Shown here one piece after another: positions 8,001 to 17,000 of a stretch of DNA of 17,387 nt. Position 1 is the first letter of the stretch. Each line of letters begins with the position of its first letter. The DNA comes from Verrucomicrobiota bacterium (GTDB taxonomy: Bacteria > Verrucomicrobiota > Verrucomicrobiia > Limisphaerales > SXQI01): contig JANRLX010000095.1 of NCBI GenBank assembly GCA_033762115.1, positions 1 to 17,387 on the forward strand. Direction: 5' to 3'. Below the pieces are notes generated by a model. That model was not told the origin of the DNA. It made no database searches and worked only from the letters and a program-made list of their open reading frames with translations. A program made the position numbers and the translations under genes.

Positions 8001-11000
8001 GGATGGAAAGCGGCTGATAACCTCGCGGAAATCAAGTCAGGGACTGTTACTCCGAGTCTTCAGTTTAGCGTTGTTAGAAGCTTTACAGCACCCAGAAATG
8101 GGACTGTTTTCGTCAATGCCTTTGCAAAATTGGGATTGACTACATGCCCCACTGCAGATGGCGTGCGGATTCGAATTGGTGTAACCAGGGCAGGCCCAAC
8201 CAGCGGTTTGACGGTCTTGCAGAACTGGCGCGATATACCGACAAACAATATCGAAATTCCGCTTCACTTTCAATTAAACATCGAAAAGGGAGACAAACTT
8301 CATTTCCAGGTAAGTAGTAAAGGAAATACCCAATGCGATGAAACCACAATGGTCGCCCAGATTTTTTATCTGAACGCTGATTATGACAATGATGGCATCG
8401 CCGACCATTTGGAGGACATCATTGCAGATGGAAGCCGCACCGGGCAGGAAACTTACTGGAATGTTGCTGACAGTGATATGGATGGCATTTCTGATCTTGA
8501 GGAGATTCAGGCAAAGACCGATCCAAATTCGGCCCAGAGTAAACCACGCAAATTGATTGCGAGCTGGGATTTTAATGGAAATCCTCAGCACAGATCCAAC
8601 CAAGGTCACGAGGCGGTGGAGGCTTTGAATGTCGACTTTTCATCTATCGGATTAGATAGCCCCAGTCTTTACATGAAGTATGAGGGAAACCTCGTGCCGC
8701 GAAAGCTAAAGTTTCTGGAAGCCGATGCGATTGGTAAATCTTGTATTTCTCCTCGAGAAGGAACGATTTCATTTTGGATCACTAATCAATGGATCGACAG
8801 TCAGGATATCTCAAGCGGAGCTTCGGCAACTGACCCGTTTTATACATTATTCCGTCTTGAATCCACGCTTGGAGAATATTGGGACCTTGATGTCGCTAAA
8901 ATTGGAGGCAAATCCCTCCGCTTCCAGGTGAAAAGACAAGGTGACTCTTCCCCCAGGACACCATTACATACTGCATCAAACCTTAAATTATTCGAAGATC
9001 GATGGCATCACATTGTCCTTACATACAGTGCATCACAAATTCAGATTTATATTGATGGAATTCTTGTGAGTTCGAATCTCAGCACAGATTTGAACAATTG
9101 GTCTTCGGTTTTTCAAACACGCTATTTTTATGTTGCAAGCGACTCTTCAGGAGTGATTCCAAACGTCTACGTGGATCGGTTAAAATTGTATAACTATCCT
9201 TTGAGTGAGACTGAAATAGCGCACGAATACAAAGCTGTCGCCGAAAAGGATACCGATGGAGATGGTCTTTTGGATTTTGTCGAAATGAAAGATGGGACCG
9301 ATGCAAATCTATGGGACACTGACGGGGATGGAATGCCTGATGGTTGGGAGAAACGGTATGGATTAAATCCGAAGTCTAACAGTGATAAGGATAGCGATCC
9401 AGACGGGGACCTTATCTCAAATTGGCGAGAGTTTAAAACGGGGAGAAATCCCCTGAGAGCTGATGCCCTGGCCTTCTCAGGAGGAATCACTTGGGATCCT
9501 GTGACAAGTCAGACGAGTTTAATCAACATCGATTTTGGTGAATTTAATCAGCCCGAGCTAGTGAAGGGACCGCGACGGGCAGGATTTAATTCTGAAGATC
9601 AGTGGAACTTGATTTCTCCGGGTATGCAGAAAGTTGACATCCTGAGTGCTGATTCCATTCCGGAAGATCCTGCACCAGTCGCAGGTTTTACGATGCAATA
9701 TGGCCCTATTATTGAGGGTGCTAATTTTGCAGGTTGCCCAGTTCCGGAAGTCATTACTGATCCGATGCGAGTGAGCCAAGAAATTTGCTTCTTTTTTAGT
9801 CAGCTCGGAATGGATCAAAACTCTCCTTGGAGCAGCTACATAGCATCTATTCCTTGTTGTGTCACCGACATTTATGAGATTGGTTCTGACCCTTTCGATT
9901 CATTTAACAACTGGGGGTTTACAGTTGAAAATGGCATTGTTCATTGGAAACCTGCTTGTTATCTACTCTCCTTATGTTCAAAAGCTTATTTAGGAGGTAT
10001 GTTACAAAGTTCTGCAAGACCTATTTTGTTTACCAGTCATTGGACTATTTTAAGGTCTCCAGAGCCTGTGCCACCTGCTGAATACCCCAGTGCTAACGAA
10101 CAAGTTCGCTGGTATAATTTTCTTGATCTAGTAGACCCGGAGTCCCCAGATCAGTTGATCTCCTCAATGGATTTTTTGCTGCAAACATTGCCTACTGAAT
10201 CAGATTGCGGTGCATACTTCAATTCCAAGCATGCTCGAGGCGAGTTCCAGATTTCACGATTACAAAAGGGGAAATATCGCCTTTATTATAGTGGAAGCCC
10301 TGTCTCGATGTGGACAGACGATCCAAGACATCAAACCATGATTTCGGGAAGGGAACACCGGCTGACTATTAATGTTAATGACAGTATTTCATTCCGCTAT
10401 CTGGAGAAACCAGCAAAGATTGACTGGATCCAGTTAATGCTGCTCGCCAAACTTTCAACTCCTGAAAGCTTTTCAGCCACCTACGATCAGAATGAAGGTC
10501 CAGGAATCCGGCTAAATTGGCTTCCCGTGCCTGGCGCTAAAACATATGAAATCGAAAGAGCCGTTGTCTCGCCTGTTGCTTCCATGTTTAAGCGGTTAGC
10601 ATTCGTCTACGAGTCGGACCAAATACTGCCAGATAGCATGATGTCGTTTGTTGATGAAGACCTGGTTCCAGGAACAGTTTATCAGTATCGAATCCGGGCA
10701 CACACAACGTTGCCCGAGTATCCTCCTTCCCTTGCCCGTTCTCTGTTCTTTCCAGAAATTGAATTCTCCAGTGAATTCACTACTAATATTAATCAGTCGG
10801 TTCCTGAGAATTATGCGCCACTGAACCGAGCTCCGGTGTTAAATAGTATTCGTCCATTGTCACGAGCCTTTAAGAATACTCCCTTCAGTATTGGTATAAG
10901 CCAGCTCCACATGCGAGCGGACGCGTATGATTTTCGGGGAAGGCCGCTTCAGTTTATGGTGACAGGGATTTCAGAAGGGGAACTGAAATTGCTGAATGTA

Positions 11001-14000
11001 GATCCGGTCACCCAGGCTATCCTCAGCGAGGTGGAGATAACACCAGAATATCTTGAAAGCAGTTTCAGCGATCCAGAAAACCACCCTCCGGCAATTTTAT
11101 CCCCGAACACATTGCTTCAATGGACCCCTCCCCTCGACAAGCTTGGAGTAGTCCCCGCGTTCCGGGTGATTGCCTTCAATGGATCGCAATACAGCGCAAA
11201 TGAAGCGGATGTCTTTGTGGAGGTCAGGGAGGAGACTATTCTCTTTTGGTGGGGGTATTATGGAGACGGTATGGCCGGAAGTGGAGCACCTCGGATTAAT
11301 TATACTGGATCGGACAATGCTCTGGCATACCGAGTTGGACAGATGTGGGAAAATGACCCCTCGCCGGTGAAAAAGCATCCGAACCAAAGGGGAGGTGATC
11401 CATTAAATTTTAAATTGAAAAATGTCGTATCTCTGGGTGTCGGTGACGTTTCTCGTGGAGCGGTACTTGCAGATGGTTCGGTCTGGACCTGGGGAATGGG
11501 CTGGTGGGGTGATCTAGGTCATCAAAACCGGCATCCCCATCGACCAAATGATCCACCATGGCTTACTATTGCTTCTCCTTACGCACAAAAAGTTTCAGGA
11601 TTAAATAACATCATTCAAATAGCGGAGCATTCGGGGTCGGTAGTCCTGCGCGCTGACGGAACAGTTTGGGGTTGGGGAAATAATGAATATGGACGGCTAG
11701 GAAACAGCGAGTTAGCCTACCAGCCATTTACATTTGAATACGGCGCCAATGAGGCCGCAGATAGTTGGATGCAGGGGAGCCTGAAACCTGTTCAAATCCA
11801 AGGTTTGGAAAATATCGTAAAAGTAGCAGCTTCGTACGCGGGAACATTAGCATTAACCAGTGATGGTCGTGTTTTCTTTGTTGGAACGTGGGGTAATTGG
11901 TACCCGGATTATGAAATGTTGTTTGGCAGCAATATTCCCCAACAGGTAGAGCTGCCTGTTCGATGTGTTGATATTGCAGCAGGGGATAACCATTTTTTAG
12001 TGCTAGGAACTGATGGCGTTGTTTATTCCTGGGGTATAAATTTCGATAACCAGTTAGGTAGAGAACCCTATGGTCATTTTGACGAAATTCCAAGACCGAT
12101 TGAGTATAGCGATCCGGTTCATTCCATAGCAGCAGGAGGAGTGCTGTCCGGGATTGTGACTGGCAAAGGAACTGTTCGACTATTTGGAGCCCCCTTCTGG
12201 GGCACTCCATATCATCACGGACTTGATCATGATATTCCCCATTTTAGTAATATAGAAAAGCTTTCGATTGATCGCGGGCAAGCATTAGCAGCCGATAATG
12301 AAGGAAGAATCTATCGCTGGGGAGATAGTCCCTGGATTCGTCAAAACCTTCCTGCCATTCCAACATTGATGGACACACTCACCGAGGTTGAGATCATTGG
12401 TGGAGACTCGGAAAACGGGTATGCTGCTGGAACTTTGAAGTCTCAAATACCTCGCGAGGTCAAAGCTGTCGGAAAGAATGGATCGGTTACTGTGTCATGG
12501 AAACGGTATCCTCATGCAACCAGTTACAACGTTTTTCGATCTTTATCCAATGATATTGATACATTTACTTTTCTGGCAAATGTCGCTGAAGTTAATGACA
12601 GGGAATATTACCGTTTTGACGATAGAAACGTAATGAACGGTCAGCGGTATTTTTATGCCGTTTCGGCGATTGTGGAGAGCGCTGAAACAGAGCGTTCACT
12701 CATCGTTGATGCCACACCACTCCCGCCTCCATCATCGATAGGGCCAATAGCGGTGACGTCGAAGTTCCTACAGCTTCAGCTGACCTGGCCAAAATCAGAG
12801 AATGTTGAGAGTTATGAAGTTTGGCGGAAAGTAGGCAGCGGTGATTTCGTGAAACATGCGGAAGTGCCTGCTGACACGAATCCCTCTTTTACTTACAATG
12901 ACTTGTTCCTGGAACCTGGAGTGGCGATCACTTATCGAGTTTACGCTGTGAATTCCGTGGGACGGAGCGCTTATGTTGAGTCGCTCACTGCTGTTGCGAA
13001 CCCTTCGGGGAGCTCAATCGTTGCTCCCACAGAGTTACAACTCACTCCTCTCAATGGAGGAGCTTTAGTTAAGTGGGCCCCACTCGCGCCACCGGAAAAT
13101 GGGCATATTTCTTATGCAGTTTGGGTGGCTCGAGCAGATTCCAGCCACACAATTACCGGCCCGTGGCAACTGGACCAGATTGTTTACGATAGAGTAGAGC
13201 ATCACATCAAAGACCTTTTAAATGGTCAGCATTACGCTGTTCGTATTTGCGCGATCACTACTGAAGGGGTTGGTCCGTTTTCGGCGGATGATTTCGTCAA
13301 ACCTGTCCGACCAGGTGCGCCTACCCCGATTGCAGAACCTGAAACCACGGTACAACCGGGTTCATTACATATGAAATGGAGTGGGGAAGCGGTTAGCTAC
13401 ATGATCAGTGTAACGCCCACTCTTCCGTCCACGCATCCAGGCTACTGCAACAGCGTTGCCCAAACTGTGTATCCTGACGAGGGAGGATCAGCGGAGTTTT
13501 ACCTGGGAGAGCTTTTACCAGGCTCGTATGTGGTTAACATCAGTCAAATCACCGATGATTATGCTGAAGCAACAGAAATGGCTGATAATTACACGGCAAC
13601 CATAACAGAAGGCACAAGCGATGCGTTTTTACCGATTGTTCCTTTAGCAGCGAATAATCGTGTCGAGCTTGGGTGGTATGGAAGTTTGGAGGAAGCAAAT
13701 GCCGTCATGGCAGCGTATGATGACTGGCGTTTCATTTTGCACCGGAGAGTCGAGGGCGAGACTTTTTGTGATGCGTGGGTTGAAATTTATGACGGTGAGA
13801 ATTTCCGAGTTGAAGATAGCGAAGTTGTTAACGGGACTGGCTATCGTTACAGACTCACGGGAATCAGCCCCTCTTTGCAGGTTCGCCAGGTCCTCACGAG
13901 CGGAGCGGTTGTGCCCGCGCGGACCTTTTCTGAATCGAGCGCCTTAAACCTGGCAGCCAGCGGGGCCAATGGTGGCGCAGTTTTAAGCTGGAACAAAGTC

Positions 14001-17000
14001 TCAAGCATTAATGGCAGCAAGAATGATTATCATCTAAAGCGCAGCCTGGACCAGGGAGGACCGTATTCGCTGATCAAGGTTTTCTCAGACTCGGACCCAC
14101 TGATGCAATGGGTTGACACGGGGTTACAGAACGGAGTGCCGCATTATTATATTGTTGAAGCAATCAATAGCTACAATCGGGATGTGCTGCCGTCGTTGGA
14201 GGTGATGGCAGTCCCAAACAGCACAGGTGTTCCCCCTCCACCCACGGAATTTGAAGGGAGAATATTTAATGAGAACGTGGTTTTAAGTTGGCAACCCGTG
14301 GATGTGGCAGACTATTACGAAATCCGGCTGGGCAATCCTTTAGTTAGCCCTGCGTCAGCTCCAAAAGGTCTTAATGCCAAGATTCCTTGGTCATCTATGA
14401 CCAAGGTCTATCGGTACGGTGTGCGATCGATTTCAAGAAGCGGGCAGAGTATCGAGCAACGAGTTTCGCTTCAGCCGATTCAATGGGAGGCTTCAACCGA
14501 CAGTTCGGTGGCAAGGTATTCTGTTCGCAGGCGAAAATCTGGAACGACCGAGCCTTATGTGGAGGTCGCAAGGACAGTGGCACCTAACTTTATCGATGTA
14601 CGGCTTGAAGCTGAAATGACGGAATATGAATATTTGATCCAGCCGCTTGGGAACGGGGGAGAGTTTATTGGCGACCCGTTTCCTGCCCTGCCGGGCTCCT
14701 ACAGCACTCCTCCAACCGTTCCTGATCATGTGGAGAAGGTTGTGATGCTTGTGGGGATCAGTTCTGTTTCAGGCTCTCCCACGGAGATCACGACGCCAAC
14801 AAATTTTATCATTCAGGCAACAGCGGCATTGAATGATACAAGAACCAGGATCAAGCATGTGGAGTTTTGGGCAAATGGCGAATTTCTAGGAAAAGATGAT
14901 AGTTTACCTTTCCAGCATGAGTGGATCAATCCTCCTGCAACAGCAGCTGGTAATTCTCACACGATTTCCGCCGTGATGGTGGATTCAGACAATCGAGTCC
15001 ATACCAGTTCGGCAGGTTTTTTGCGTGTCAGGATGATTCCTGAGTTGTCGGCGTTCAAAGCCAGCGAACTGGACCTCAGTTTAGGTGGAGTGGGTCTGCC
15101 GTTGAACCTGACTCGTTCCTATAACAGCCAGCGTTTGCAGGAGGGGATGCTGGGGAAAGGATGGTTGACGGTGTGGGATGAAGCTCGGGTTATCGTGCCG
15201 AATCTCTCGACGGGATGGAAATCATCCAAAAACTTCATGGTGAGACAGAGGTGGAACCTCCAGGAGACTACGCCGCATCAAATTGAGGTCCGAATGCCAG
15301 GAGGGGGTTATGAATTCTTTCATCCCGTATTTAGCGGTTTTCAAGATGATGGCCCGGGTATTACCGATGATTTGGATCTTGAATGGCTGTTGAGCATGAA
15401 CATTTCCTTCGCGCCGGGCGCAAGCGCGTCCGAATCGCAGCTTGTTGAAGTCAATGAATTCATACGAGTTTCCGTTGATGTAAGCTCGTTTGAAGGAGAC
15501 AACACATTTGAAGATCTGATTTTACGGGAAGCCATTAGTGGTAATAATTATCCTTATGCTCCCGGACCACTTATTTATACGGTTGCTGATGGAACAAAAT
15601 ATAGTTTTGGGGATCAGTTGGCGGATGTCATGTATCTTCAATCGATAGAAGATCGAGCCGGAAATAAAATCACATTTGAAAGTGAACTGGTGAGCGAAGG
15701 TGGCAGCGAAAAACGTGTCCTCAGTAAAATTAAACACTCCAATGGGAGGGTAATTACGTTGACCCGTCCTTCAACCAGCTCTCCCTATTGGAAGGTTTTT
15801 GATCATGTGGCCGGGAATCCAGTCAATGACAGGCCAGTGCTCAAATACAAGGTTTCAGGGCCATTATTGACTGAGGTGCACCGGCTGAAGAAGCGGTCAG
15901 AGGAAGATTACTGGATCACAAAGTATGAATATGACACAAGCAGCCGCCTGACCAAGGTGATTAATCATGAAGGAGTGATCGTCCTTGAAAACAGTTATGA
16001 TTCGCAGGGGTTTTTGCTGACTCAACGAGATGGCACAGGCTCGGAAAGAAGCTACAGTTATACCGATGTTTCAGGAGGAGTGAAAACAGGGATTACGCAA
16101 AATCAGACCAGCCAGGAGGTGGTGTTTGATTCCTATGGCCAGGTGGCGAGCGTCAAAGATGAAACAGGGGTCAAAACGGAACTGAGTTATGATGGGCGCG
16201 GGCGGGTCATCACGGAAAAAATAGAGGGGGCGGAATCTTATAAATCGTTCGATTACGATTCCCTGGACCGGGTGGTGTCTTCATTCGATGAACTGGGCAA
16301 TGCCCAGTCCCTGAGTTATGCCGATTTTGGGCAGGTGAAGATGTCCACGGATGCGGCGGGCCAGACCACGCAATACGAGTATTGGACTTTCGATGATCCG
16401 GGTGTCAACACGCAGGGCAATCCTGCGGGAAGTTTGAAGTCGATTACTGAACCGGGAGGTCTGATGCGGCAATTTACTTATAATGTTCGAGGGCAGGTTT
16501 TGACTGAGCAAACTTTTGCCGCCGGATTGAACAATCCGTTAACAATTGTTCACCAGTATGACGCGAAAGGTGATTTAACCTCGACCAGGCATGAGCTTTA
16601 TAATCCTGAATTTCCGGATTTATATGTCAGCATATTTTCATATGACAATAATGGGAATCGGTTGAGTGAGAAGCAGAGCCGGACAGTCCCCACGCGGGAC
16701 GCCTCCGGAATTGTGACCGGGAGTGCGGTCCAGCATCTCATCACTACGTACGAGTATGATCCGGCAAACCGGGTCATTAAGACGATTGATCCGCTGCTGC
16801 GTTCGACGGCAGTGATTTATGATTCCTCGGGCCGTGTGACAGAAACGATTGATGCGTTTGGCCGGAGCAACCGCAGTTTGTATGGTGTGAGGGGTGAATT
16901 GCTTGAGAAATCATTTCCGGACGGGACGGTCCAGCGAACGGTGTATGATGCGAATGGACGCGCTGTGTGGCAGCAGGATCGGACAGCTGTTTCAGGCAAC

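Noticed and set aside
9992..10001. Perfect Shine-Dalgarno AGGAGGT followed by an in-frame ATG (internal start)
   Set aside because: Zero spacing between SD and ATG is not productive. The sequence is explained by the Leu-Gly-Gly-Met codons.
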